Below, piece after piece: positions 36,470 through 47,764 of a stretch of 64,000 nt of DNA. The notes below the pieces were generated by a model, which was not told where the DNA came from, ran no database searches, and saw nothing but the letters and a program-made list of their open reading frames with translations. Every line of letters begins with the position of its first letter. The first letter of the stretch is position 1. The position numbers and the translations under genes are program-made. Source of the DNA: Okamejei kenojei. Lineage: Eukaryota. The stretch covers positions 19,220,001 to 19,284,000 of the forward strand of contig CM069164.1 of the NCBI GenBank assembly GCA_035221665.1, written 5' to 3'.

Positions 36470-37160
36470 GTCGGTCCCTTTGCATCAACACCTCATCACT
36501 GTGCAAATTATTTAGTTAGCATTAATATTCCTTCTTGGAAATTCATGGCTGCAAGGTACCTTCACACTTCTAAGGGTTGCCTCTTGCCTTTCCATTGGAT
36601 GGAAACCTGCTGGGGAAACGCCACCAGTTTTCCATCAATCTAACAGCATTTGGTGCAAGTTTGAGGTTCTCTCACAGATGCACCAAGTCTTGAACTTGTC
36701 GCCTGCCCTTTCGCAGCAATCCCCCGACTACCCTCTGATGTTGGTCATCAACTCTGGGGAGTGAACGCCGTAATTCCCAGCTCCAGTGGAGAATCAGCCT
36801 GACCCGCTGAGTTACTCCAGCACTTTGTGTCCTTTCAAATACAATAGTAATGGAATTATGCTGCAGTAGCATTCGACATTCTTGAGTATTCCCATTTTAC
36901 TTTACTATAGAAAGTGACATGTATCATGGGCTCGTTTACATGGAATAGTTCTCTGGATTTTAAAGAAAATCTGAGTAGCCAGAATAACTTGGTTCTCAGA
37001 ATTCTGAAGGTCTGGATGACATTTCCAACAGTTACAACTTCGGTGAAAATTAAGGAATATTGCTTTATTCTTGAGAGGAGTGATCGAAATGTTAATTCTG
37101 GACACTGCTTTTGTTCATCTCCTGCTGTCAAGATTGCGGCACCAGCTAAGGCTCCCATTT

Positions 37161-37364
37161 TAGACACAAAAGGCTGGAGTAACTCAGTGGGACAGGAAGC
37201 TTCTCTGGAGAGAAGGAATGGGGGGGGGTTTCGGGTCGAGACCCTTGAAGACCCGAATCGTCACCCATTCCTTCTCTCCAGAGATGCTGCCTGTCCCGCT
37301 GTGTTACTCCAGCTTTTTGTGTCTTATCGTCGGTTTAAACCGGCATCTGCAGTTCCTTCCTACA
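37161..37364. mobile_element. PLE fold-back insertion
   Basis: Inverted arms tagacacaaaaggctggagtaac / gttactccagctttttgtgtc; ends gcagttccttcctaca. Confidence 0.8.
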
Positions 37365-38102
37365 AAACGCTACCAGTTTGCCTGACCGCCCCTCTTGGCC
37401 GGATGCAACGGAGTGTGGAATTACGGGAGCACTTCGCTGGTACTGTGAAGATTGCACTGTGATTGAGCCCACAGTACAGCACCAGGCCCTTTGGCCCACC
37501 CCAGCCATGCCTGCCGTCATACCTATTTATAGTAATCCCATTTAATCTAGGTACAGTTCCAAGCAGTGGAAGGAAGTTAAATCTGTGATTGTAGTTTTTA
37601 CATTTCATTAGAAACAAGGTACTGCAGATGCTGGTTTATAGAATGAGTTTACATTTAGTTCCTCCGTTTCAAATATGAAGAATGAGTGACTGGGAAACTG
37701 GGCGGGTTCTCTTTAGAGCAGAGGAGGTTAGTTAGGAGAAGATTTGAGTGGAATGCTTAAAACTATTTGCAGTTTAAATCAAGAAAGTAAGGAGGTGTTG
37801 TTTTTGATGAAACGGGAGTGTCAGTACCTTGAGGGCACTGGGTGAACAGCTAGAGGGAAGATGAGGGTTATTTGTAAGAGTGAGTACCATGATCTGGAAT
37901 GCGTGGCTTGAAAGAGCAATGTAACCAGACTCGCTCAAGTTTAGTGGAGTATTGCATAATATTTTTTAATTAAAAAAATATTACTATGTTCATCAAATTT
38001 TTGTGTACATTTATTTGCCTATGCTTTTAGTACAAGCCATGTTATTCCATTGATAGTATACCAGGATGACATTGGATTTTGTATATACACGTGTTTATGT
38101 AT

Positions 38103-38375
38103 TTAGAAATAGGCCTTTCCACCCACCGAGTCTAAGCCAACCACCGATCACCTGTTCACACTGGTTCTATGTTATACCACTTTCGCATCCACTCCTTACA
38201 CACTAGGGGCAACTTACAGAAGCCGATTAATCTACAAACCCAGGAAGTGAGAGGAACCTGGAGCACCCAGAGGAGACGTGTACGATCACAGGGAGAATAT
38301 GCAAATTCCACGCAGACAGAACCTGACTCTGGCGCTGTGAGGCAGCATCTCTACCAGCGGCGGCACTGTGCTGCC
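38103..38375 (-). mobile_element. V-SINE
   Basis: Reverse-complement tail, V-domain and head. Confidence 0.8.
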
Positions 38376-38698
38376 TCATGCTCCCCTGGCAAGCGGTCCA
38401 AGGGGCTTTAGACATGTTCCATCCCCTCTATGTGCAATGGCCTGGCAAGCAGTCTTTAAACCCGTTGTATAAAAAGCATTGGTTAAACACACAAAAGAGA
38501 ACAAAATCCAGGGCTGCAGAGAAAGTGGAGAACTGGTGGATAACTCATTCAGAGTCTATGCTTCAACATATTGCATTGAGTGAAGAAACTGTAAAGTGAT
38601 TTTAAATCTTTTCTCTGTATAATATGGAACTTTTAAAGAAATGTTTTCTTTGCTGCTTTACCCTCCCCCTTCCCCCAATCCTGTTTTACCTCCTGCAG

Positions 38699-38869
38699 AT
38701 GGCTGAGATGATTAAGGATTCTCAGAGGTCGAGCCTTGATCTGCGGAAGGAACTTGATGAGTGCAAGGAAAAGAGCCGGAGTCAGCTGACTGCCCTGCAG
38801 CAACAGCTGAAAACCAAGGGCCTGGAGGTGGAGAAATCTTCGCTAATGACCAAGAAACTGCAGGATGAG
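38699..38869 (+). CDS. CGNL1: CGNL1-like exon E, 57 codons: MAEMIKDSQRSSLDLRKELDECKEKSRSQLTALQQQLKTKGLEVEKSSLMTKKLQDE
   Basis: Long polypyrimidine tract + ctgcag acceptor and GAG|gtaatg donor. LDE.KEK.R...EKS...QDE motif. Confidence 0.88.
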
Positions 38870-39024
38870 GTAATGCAAGATAACACTGTTTATTTAACCT
38901 TTGACTACTGACCTTTAACCAAAGGATTTCAGCAGAAAGTTGAGCAAATTCTTTCCTTGATGCATCACAGACTGATATTGGTAAAACATAAATGAGATTA
39001 CAGAAATCTTAACTTGCAAAAGCA

Positions 39025-39285
39025 GCAAAACAAGAGGGTCTAGCTTTAAGGTGATATGTGGGGAAAACCTTTGCACAGAGGGTGGTGAGTGCCTGAAACG
39101 CACTGCTGGGGTTGGTGGTTGAAACCGATATGTTAATGGCATTTAAAAGACTTTTCAATATCTATAACAGAGGATGGAGGGATATGGATTATGTGCAGGA
39201 AGATGAGTGATGGTATTGGCATTATGTTCGGCACAGACACTGTGGGCTGAGTAGCCTGTTCTTGTGCTGCACTGTTCTCTGTTCA
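39025..39285 (+). mobile_element. CR1-type LINE 3' fragment
   Basis: acagagggtggtgagtgcctgaaacgcactg...gcctgttcttgtgctgcactgttct. Confidence 0.7.
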
Positions 39286-40769
39286 ATGGCAAAGAGCACA
39301 CTTTCCGCTTATTCTAAACGTTGGAGAAGAACATTAAGAAACTTTGTTTTCTGAAATCGTTCTCAATGGAAACCATTTCCACTCCGGCTGATGTTTGCAC
39401 GAGAGCTAACTCTAAATACGTAGTATTGTTAACCTAATCCTTTGAAATTTTGCTCATTGAAATCAACTCTTAGATTTGTTGCATTTCACATGTATTTGGT
39501 GATCCATTTGAATAACCGTTCAGAATTCCGGTCGCAGTGACCTCACTTGTTTGTGATATACAGGGAGCCTCCTGTTTTCCGCCAGAGCTAAAAAGAAAAA
39601 GCATTGTGAACATTCAAAATTTGTATGAACGCAGACAATCCTCTGATCGCTTCAAAAACAAAATATTTTTTTTGTAAAGAGCAAATCACAAACTTTAATG
39701 GCTTTCTTTGGAAAAGCCAGAGCGTGCAGAGAAAACTGATAGTCAGCTGAGATCTGATGTTGGTTCGCTCAGGATCTCCACTTCCATGTGTGTATTGGGC
39801 TGGAGAGTACACACTGGTGCATCTGACCTCTGGGTCATCATTGAGTCTTGGAAGCTCTGCAACTCCAGCCTGACTTTTCATACAGCAGTGAGTGCACTGA
39901 TGCAGAGATCCAGAACTACAAGTTGGCTGGAGATTGGGCGTTGATGCATCCAAGCTCTGGCTCGCCATTGAGTCTTGGGAGCTCTGCGACTACACCCCAA
40001 TTTCCATGCGTAACGATGCAGAGGTCTGGCTGGATCCCCTTTTATGCGTGTGACCAATGCTTTTTTTCAACTGGTTTGAAGACTACTGTTGTTAACACAT
40101 GCAGGGTTAAAATTATCGCTATACGTGTTGGCTGGTGACAGAGTGTGGCTGCTCTGCAGCTTACTGAGCTGAGGGCTGGATGTGCCTTATGCCCATGCAT
40201 TCTGCTTTACACCAGTCACCGCTGATACATCCAGCAACGGCATGGCTAGCATTAAAACAACGTAATTTAATAATAATTAATTCAAATTAAATTGACTTTT
40301 AAGTGGAAGTATTGAAGGTTTTTAAAAAAGTTCATATACTTTTTCAAGGTTTTCCAAATATCTACGATATTTGGAGACATTTGGAAATGGTGATCATTTG
40401 TCTGACGTCCTGAGCTATCAGACGGTCATGGTGGGCCTTGGTGTTCACTGCCTGGGCCACGTTACTGCTCCAAACTGCTGCACCTCATCGCCACAACAGC
40501 AATGCCATCATCGTGATGAGGCAGCAGAATGTTGGATAGTCTTGCGCTTATAGAGTCCACTTTATTGTTTTGACATGGAGAGAGTCATTCAGACGTGAAG
40601 TCTCCCTGTGTTGGATGATCGTGATGGCCTGAAGAACTGGGTGGTGGTAGAAAGAATGGTTCTAAGAAGCCAGCCTCAGAATGAGGATCCACTCCCATTT
40701 CATGATCCCTGCATGTTTCTGCGCCTCCTCTTTCAGCATTCTGAAGGGAAAGTTCTCTCAGCAGCTCCC

Positions 40770-41142
40770 TGGTCCTCTCTTCCCGCCCCTCCTCCTGGCA
40801 CTTTCCCTTGTAACTGCAGGAGATGCAACACCCGTGCTTTTAACTCTTTCCTTCCCAAACACTCCTTCCAGATGAAGCAGTGATTCTCTTGTACTTCATC
40901 CGATCCAGTCTGCTGGGCTCACTGTTCTCACTGTGGTCTCTTCCCAATTAGTGAAACCAAAAACGCAGATTGGGCGCTTGGCGTGTCAAACACCCACAGG
41001 ACTGGTTCGAAGCTTCCTGCTACCAGACACTTTAGTTCTCCGTCCCATTCCAACTCTGACCTCTATCCGTGACCTCCCAAACTGTTGTATGGGGCCCAAT
41101 GTAAGCTTAAGAAATAGAACCTTCAGTCTGGGCTTGTTGCAA
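40770..41142 (+). mobile_element. Decayed PLE Cys-knuckle plus GIY-YIG region (resumes at ~42633-42660 after the Rex1 insertion)
   Basis: PGTFPCNCRRCNT...PKHSFQMKQ*FSCTSSDPVCWAHCSHCGLFPISETK matches the PLE C..C..C linker and F.CTS.NVIY.I.C..C...YIGET motif. Confidence 0.72.
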
Positions 41143-42632
41143 ACAGAAAAGCCGGAAATCAGGACCGGAAAATGCTTCCCCCTCTACCCTCAAGCTCTGT
41201 GCCGAACAACTGGCACCAGTCTACACAGACATTTTCAATCGGTCACTGCAAACCTGTACTGTCCCTGCCTGCTTCAAAGTCTCCACTATTGTTCCCGTAC
41301 CCAAAAAGCCAAGGATTATTGGTCAATGACTACTGGCCTGTCGCACTGTAGTCATGAAGACCCTTGAAAGACTTGTGCTGGCCCACCTGAAAAATATCAC
41401 AACCCCCCTACTGGACCTTCTGCAGTTTGCATACCGGGCAAATAGATCAGTGGATGACGCAGTCAACCTTGGCCTGCACTTCATCCTCAGGCACCTAGAC
41501 CTCCAGGGGACCTATGCAAAGATTTTGTTTGTGGATTTTAGCTCTGCATACAACACCATTGTGCCAGAGCTACTACACTCCAAACTCTCCCAGTTGACTG
41601 TGCCTCAACCCGTCTGTCAGTGGATCATCAACTTGCTGACAGACAGAAGCACCATGTGAGGCTGGGAAAGCACATCCTGGACCCGCAGACTCTCAGCATA
41701 GGAGCACCGCAAGGCAGCGTACTCTCTCCTCTCCTCTACTCTCTCTACACCAACGACTGCACCTCCACAGACTCCTCTGTCAAGCTTCCCGAGTTTGCGG
41801 ACGACACAACCCTGATTCGACTGATCCAGGATGGGGAGGAATCTGCCTACGGACAGGAGGTGACACAGCTGGCGTCCTGGTGCCGTCGCAACAACCTGGA
41901 GCTCAATGCTCTTAAGATGGTGGAATTGATTGTAGACTCCCCCTCCCCTACTCCCACTCACCATCAACAACACCACAGTCACATCTGTGGAGTCATTTAA
42001 ATTCCTTGGAACCATCATCTCCAAGGACCTTAAATGGAAGGCCACCATCGACTCCACAGTCAAAAAGGCCCAACAGAGGATGTACTTCCTGCGGCAGCTG
42101 AGAAAACACAATCTGCCACAGGCAATGATGGTCCAATTCTATATGGCCATCATAGAGTCTGTCCTCACCTTCTCCATCATGGTCTGGTTTGGCTCAGCCA
42201 CCAAGCACGACACCTGGAGGCTGCAGCGCATCATTCGATCGGCTGAGAAGGATGTTGGCTGCAACCTTCCCTCCATTGGCGAACTGTACACTCCAAGGGC
42301 CAGGAAGCGAGCAGGCAAGATCATCTCTGACCCCTCTCACCCTGGCCACAAACTCTTTGAATCACTTCCCTCTGGGAGCCGACTCCGGACTGTCAAAGCT
42401 GCCACAGCCAGACATAAAAACAGCTTTTTTCCACGAGTAGTAGCTCTACTCAACAGCCAAAAGTCTGTTGCCTCCTTTTGCTCTGGTAATTTATTTAATT
42501 CTTCACGTTTAAATTATAATGTTTTATTTTTAATTGTCTACTGTATATCGTGTTGTTACTTGCGAGCAAAGCACCAAGGCAAATTCCTTGTTTGTATACA
42601 TATTTGGGTAATAAAAAATTTCAATTCAATTC
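41143..42632 (+). mobile_element. 5'-truncated, frameshifted Rex1/Babar LINE (RT region to 3' end)
   Basis: MKTLERLVL...LQFAYRANRSVDDAV...FVDFSSAYNTI; GAPQGSVLSPLLYSLYTND; FADDT; ESFKFLG...KKAQQRMYFLRQL; AATAAA plus (AATTC)n tail. Confidence 0.92.
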
Positions 42633-43176
42633 TTTCTTTAACAAGTTCAGGTAATTTAGATTTTCTCTGTCCAGACTGGCCATTTCTGCTGTACATCATC
42701 CATCTGACCTTGCAGGTCAGGGTTGGAGGAAATGCCCCCATTGTTCCTTTGTTGTTTCCTCTTTCTCTCTCTCTAAATGATCTTGTTAACCCATAAACCA
42801 GATGGTTTCATCAGCACTTTATCCCCACACAACCCTGACATCAGCCTATATGCTATAAATCCAGGCTTCCAGCACCTGCTGTTTGACTATGTTCTCTTGG
42901 CCATCTTCTGTGCTTGGCTGGATGTTTTTTGGATGTCATTAGTTAATGATCCCTGAATGTTTCCAGGTATCACTCTCTAACCCGACCCTATCACATCTAC
43001 TGTGTTGTCATGTGAAAAACAAAAGTACCATTCAATCTGAGTGGGAATAATTTGATTAAATGAATGACAACTCAATTCTATTAGTCAGTATTTTTGCAAG
43101 GATTTTGAGATCATTACTTTGAGATCATTGAGTCGTAGTTTCATCCATTTGGACATGGACATGTGCATGACTTTAC

Positions 43177-43441
43177 GAATTACTGGCATGAACATTGAAT
43201 TCTCTCAATTCTGTTAACCCTTGCTGTCTCCTCCCCTTCCCACCTCTCCCTCAGCACTCGGGCTCCTCCTTTTTCCTTTCTTCCCCCCCGCTTCACCCGC
43301 CCCCCATCAGTCTGAAGAAGGGTTTCGGCCCGAAACGTTGCCTATCTCCTTCGCTCCATAGATGCTGCTGCACCCGCTGAGTTTCTCCAGCATTTTGTGT
43401 CCCCTCGATTTTCCAGCATCTGCAGTTCCTTCTTTAACAAC
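43177..43441 (+). mobile_element. PLE 3' end with intact hammerhead-like core (43312-43339) and 13-bp TSD
   Basis: GMNIEFSQFC ORF end; tgcatgactttac at 43164-43176 and 43442-43454. Confidence 0.85.
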
Positions 43442-43739
43442 TGCATGACTTTACATATTACTTAGAAGGTATGGATGAAACCTTTTTCCTAATTCTGTTG
43501 GTTCACAGCACCCCAAACTGCAGTCATATCCCTTCCAAGAATTATACTAAAACAAAACTTAGTTATCACTTATCGCCCACTTTTCCAATGTTGTCAAGCT
43601 TTTGATTGTCCTTAAACGCATGCCTGTAATATTTTTAAGGCAAGTTCCAGGAATTATCACATCGCTTGATACATGCTGACCAGGCGTATAACGTCTCTTA
43701 GAGTTATGGAAACTAGTGTACATTCGCTGAGCAGAAATA

Positions 43740-44030
43740 AAAGTGTTGGAATGTCTTAGCGGGTCAGGCAGCATCTCTGGAGATCATGGATAGGCGATGT
43801 TTCAGGTCGGGACCCTTTATTGGACTGATTTTAGTAGGGGGGAGAAAGCTGGAAGATAGGTGGAGGCAGAACAAAGCCAGGCAAAGTGATAGGTGGATGC
43901 AGGTGAGCGGGTTGATAAACAATGGGTGGATAATGGCTAGAGATGAACAGGACATAAAAGGCTGTGAGATTAGGAGCGAAAGACGTTAACTGTGAGGCAG
44001 AGGACGGGATATAGCTAGAAGGGAACCTGT
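43740..44030 (-). mobile_element. PLE 3' region, older copy
   Basis: gcgggtcaggcagcatctctggag...gatgtttcaggtcgggaccc followed by a purine-rich UTR. Confidence 0.65.
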
Positions 44031-44059
44031 TGGTTAGGATAGACACTCTGGGAATCACA

Positions 44060-44360
44060 TTTTAGTTTTAGTTTTAGAGATACAGAGTGGAAACAGGCCC
44101 TTCGGCCCACCGAGTCCGCACCGACCAGTGATCCCCGCACGTTAACACTGTCCTACACAGACTAGGGACAATTTACATTGATACCCAGCCGCTTAACCTA
44201 CAAACCTGTACGCTTTTGGAGTATGGGACGAAACCAAAGATCTTGGAGAAAACCCACACAGGTCATGGGGAGAACGTACAAACTCTGTACAGACAAGCAC
44301 CTGTCGTCGGGATCGAACCCGGGTCTCTGGAGCTGTAAGGCAGCAACTCTACCGCTGCGG
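44060..44360 (-). mobile_element. V-SINE, well preserved
   Basis: ggaaacaggcccttcggcccaccgag...gggatcgaacccgggtctctg...gcaactctaccgctgc. Confidence 0.9.
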
Positions 44361-44858
44361 CTCTGTGCAGCTCCGTGCGCTCGCTTAAGCTAGTGTGTAA
44401 AAAGTTTATTCTCACAATGAATACAATGTTACTGTTGTACCTGCCCAAGCAGAGTTGAGTTCGGGTGAGAAAGTGTTAAGCTGAGGCAGAATGCTGTTCG
44501 CTCGGCTTCTGTGCACCCATTGTATTAATGTGGAGACAGGAAGCTGGCCATCCTTCCTTCTAACTGGCTGCTTTGTTTTTGTTCTGGAACAGCAAGTGAA
44601 AATATCGCAGTATTGAATTTCAATGACGGCCTTAATTGCAAAGCACCCACATATGGTTACAGATGAGCACATTCTCTGCAACTAGTTGCTAATTTAAAAT
44701 CATTTCAGATATATTCTTGAAGTGCAAAGGTTTTGAATTATGCAGGGTATCACGTTATTTACTATTCCAAATAATTGGTCAGGAATAATCAATTGTAGAA
44801 TAGCTTCTGTGGAATAATGTAAAAAGTAAATGTCACTCCTAGATTCAGCAAGCATTAA

Positions 44859-45050
44859 ATGGGGAGGAATCTGCCTACAGACAGGAGGTGACACAGCTGG
44901 CGTCCTGGTGCCGTCGCAACAACCTGGAGCTCAATGCTCTTAAGACGGTGGAATTGATTATAGACCCCCCCTCCCCTACTCCCACTCACCATCAACAACA
45001 CCACAGTCACATCTGTGGAGTCATTTAAGTTCCTTGGAACCATCATCTCC
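44859..45050 (+). mobile_element. 192-bp Rex1 fragment duplicating 41831-42022
   Basis: Ungapped alignment by eye gives 187/192 identity. Confidence 0.9.
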
Positions 45051-45563
45051 CCAATTCCCCCTCCCATTCCGTATCCGACCTCTCGGTCCTGGGCCTCCTC
45101 CATGGCCAGAGTGAGCAACACCGCAAGTTGGAGGAACAGCACCTCATATTCCACTTGGGGAGTCTGCATCCTCTGGGCTTGAACATTGAATTTTCTCAAT
45201 TCTGTTGCTGTCTCCTCCCCTTCCCACCTCTCCCTCAGCCCTCGGGCCCTGGCATTCCCCCTCTCTCTATCTCTCTCCCCCACCCTAGTCACACTAGCTT
45301 CTCATTTTCACACCACAAACAGCTTACAATGGCTTGTTCCCTTTATCATCGATACTTTTTTGCATATCTTTCATTCATTGTTCTTTATCTCTCCACATCA
45401 CCGTCTATATCTCTCATTTCCCTGATCCCCGACCAGTCTGAAGAAGGGTCTCGACCCGAAACGTCGCCTATCTCCTTCGCTCCTTAGATGCTGCTGCACC
45501 CGCTGAGTTTCTCCAGCCTTTTGTGTACCCTCGATTCTCCAGCATCTGCAGTTCCTTCTTTAA
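45051..45563 (+). mobile_element. PLE GIY-YIG C-terminus, 3' UTR, hammerhead-like motif (45438-45465) and terminus
   Basis: NSPSHSVSDLSVLGLLHGQSEQHRKLEEQHLIFHLGSLHPLGLNIEFSQF; ends gcagttccttctttaaca. Confidence 0.88.
45438..45465 (+). ncRNA. Putative minimal (PLE-type) hammerhead ribozyme core
   Basis: CTGAAGA-A-GGGT-CTCG-ACCC-GAAA-CG-TC. Conserved core boxes and stem II are present; helix III is palindromic ACGT; stem I is only ~2 bp. Confidence 0.6.
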
Positions 45564-46299
45564 CATTAAATGGGGCATTGTGGTTTGATCCTTTCTTGAA
45601 AATCCGGTTTGCAGAACTAGGTACACGCTAGCTGTGTGGGAAACCTTCTTGAGGTTTTCCGTCTGGTATCCCTCCCACTCGCTGCTCATCTTGTGAGGCT
45701 GAGTAAATATTGAGACTGGCAGCACACCCATTGATCGTCACCCCAACATTTGGTGACGAAAGATCATCACCCTGAACTGTTGGGTCCGGTTCCTTGCTCA
45801 CAGATGCAGCATCACCTGCAGTGTGTCCCCAGTACTCTGGGCTTCGCTTTAGATGTTTGGAACACATTTGCATTTACAAAGGAAGGGATTAGTTTGATGT
45901 TTATTATGGGCACATGTGCTGAGTTACAGTAAAAAACGTTGTTTTGCACTCTGTCCAAACAGATCGGCTATCCATACATAGATACAAACAGTCCGAACTA
46001 AAGGACAATTGATAGAGCAAAGAGGAAGGTTCAGAGTGCAGGATATGGTTCTTAGCAATGTCCTGATAACTTGGATGTTGAATTGATAAAAATAATTAAC
46101 TTCTTTATAATTTGATTGTACGTTTGGAGTTTTTTGTAAATTAAAAAATGTCCAAAAGGTCACTTGGTTGAATAGTCAGTAATACACAGATACAGGCTGA
46201 TAGGGAGCAGCAAACATTCAAACCATATACGTGCCTAGGCAGAGAGCAACCCGACAAGAGGGAGTCTAACCACACATTCTTGACATCCAAGGGCATCCA

Positions 46300-46407
46300 A
46301 AAGGGATACTGAGTTGGATGATCAGCCATGATCATATTGAATGGCGGTGCAGGCTCGAAGGGCTGAATGGCCTACTCCTGCACCTAATTTCTATGTCTAT
46401 GTCTATG
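46300..46407 (+). mobile_element. CR1 3' tail
   Basis: Near-identical to 27670-27770. Confidence 0.8.
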
Positions 46408-46488
46408 GTTTTGCTGACACCCCCCACCACCAAACTCCCAGGAGATATCCTTAATCCAAACCTTATCTGAACCAGGCACATGAATACT

Positions 46489-46624
46489 GTGTATAGGAAG
46501 GATCTGCAGATGCTTGTTTAAACCGGAGATAGACAAAAAAAGCTGGAGTAACTCAGCGGGTCAGACAGCATCTCTGGAGAAAAGGAATAGGCGATGTTTC
46601 GGGTCGAGACCCTTCTTCAGACTG
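46489..46624 (-). mobile_element. PLE 3' end truncated at cagtCTGAAGA
   Basis: Same unit; ends ccttcttcagactg. Confidence 0.8.
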
Positions 46625-47556
46625 CAGCAGTAGCTCAGAGGCTGGGAACCCTTAAGATGACTTGCCTCCTGATTCTCCACACCATTATGTGAGGAAGGTT
46701 TTGGGAAACTCTCCACTTGCCTGCATAAGTGAACAGCATTTAAGCCGTCCATTAATCTCCTGAAGCAATCTGTTTAGTGACAAGCTAATCGCCATCCTGA
46801 ACTATCCCTCCCACCCGTTGCCAGTACACTGGTTGTATTGTGTGTTATCTTCAAACTCTTGTATTTACTTGCCAGTATATGAAAACAGCACTTCTAAAAC
46901 TTGTGTCCACCAGGACAAAGGCACCAGGCGCTTCGGATCAGTTGTGAAATAACACAGTGTCCTGATGGAAAAATATCAGTTTCTTCATCACCGCTGGGTC
47001 TAGAGATCTTGGATCTTTGTCTACAGCAGCCCCTTGGGAATTCCTTCACCAGGAAAGATGTCCAACTTCCCAAGGGCAGCTCGGGTTGGGCAGACTATGC
47101 TGGCATTGCTAGTGACTTCCATGTCCTATTTTTTAAAAATAAATCAAATCACATTGAATGGCAGTGCTGGCTCGAAGGGGCGAATGGCCTACTCTTACAC
47201 CTATTGTCTAAAATGTGTTCTTCCCTAAAAAATCTGGGATTGTTTTCAAATTTTGCATTGCCCTATAACTTAATTTAGTCTCATTGACCAAGGTCACATA
47301 AATAACGTATTGTTATTTCCCCCTTCTGTGTTATCCCCGGATTGGTGTGGATTTTGTCTTCTCTTCCCTCTCTTCATTGTGGAATCTCAACATGGCAGAG
47401 AAGTGATGGGTTGCTTTACATTCCGTTCAGATTTCCAATGAACAAATAAAGGTTGGATTCTTGCACATGTTGTTGATGAGGAGTCATTGCTGGGGATGGG
47501 GGAGGAGCTTGTTGTGCTGGCTGATCAGTGCAAATAAAGTTCCACTGAAGGCTCGT

Positions 47557-47764
47557 GTTAAAGAAGGAACTGCAGATGCTGGAGAATCCTTTTTTGCATA
47601 TCTTTCATTCATTGTTCTTTATCTCTCCACATCACCGTCTATATCTTTCGTTTCCCTGATCCCTGACCAGTCTGAAGAAGGGTCTCGACCCGAAACGTCG
47701 CCTATCTCCTTCGCTCCTTGGATGCTGCTCCACCCGCTGAGTTTCTCCAGCCTTTTGTGTACCC
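47557..47764. mobile_element. PLE insertion with internal inversion; intact hammerhead-like core on the + strand at 47672-47699
   Basis: 16-bp TSD tccactgaaggctcgt at 47541-47556 and 47765-47780. Confidence 0.88.

Noticed and set aside
41354-42796. Functional reverse transcriptase gene
   Set aside because: RT motifs are split across three frames by frameshifts and a stop, the element is 5'-truncated, and no endonuclease domain is present.
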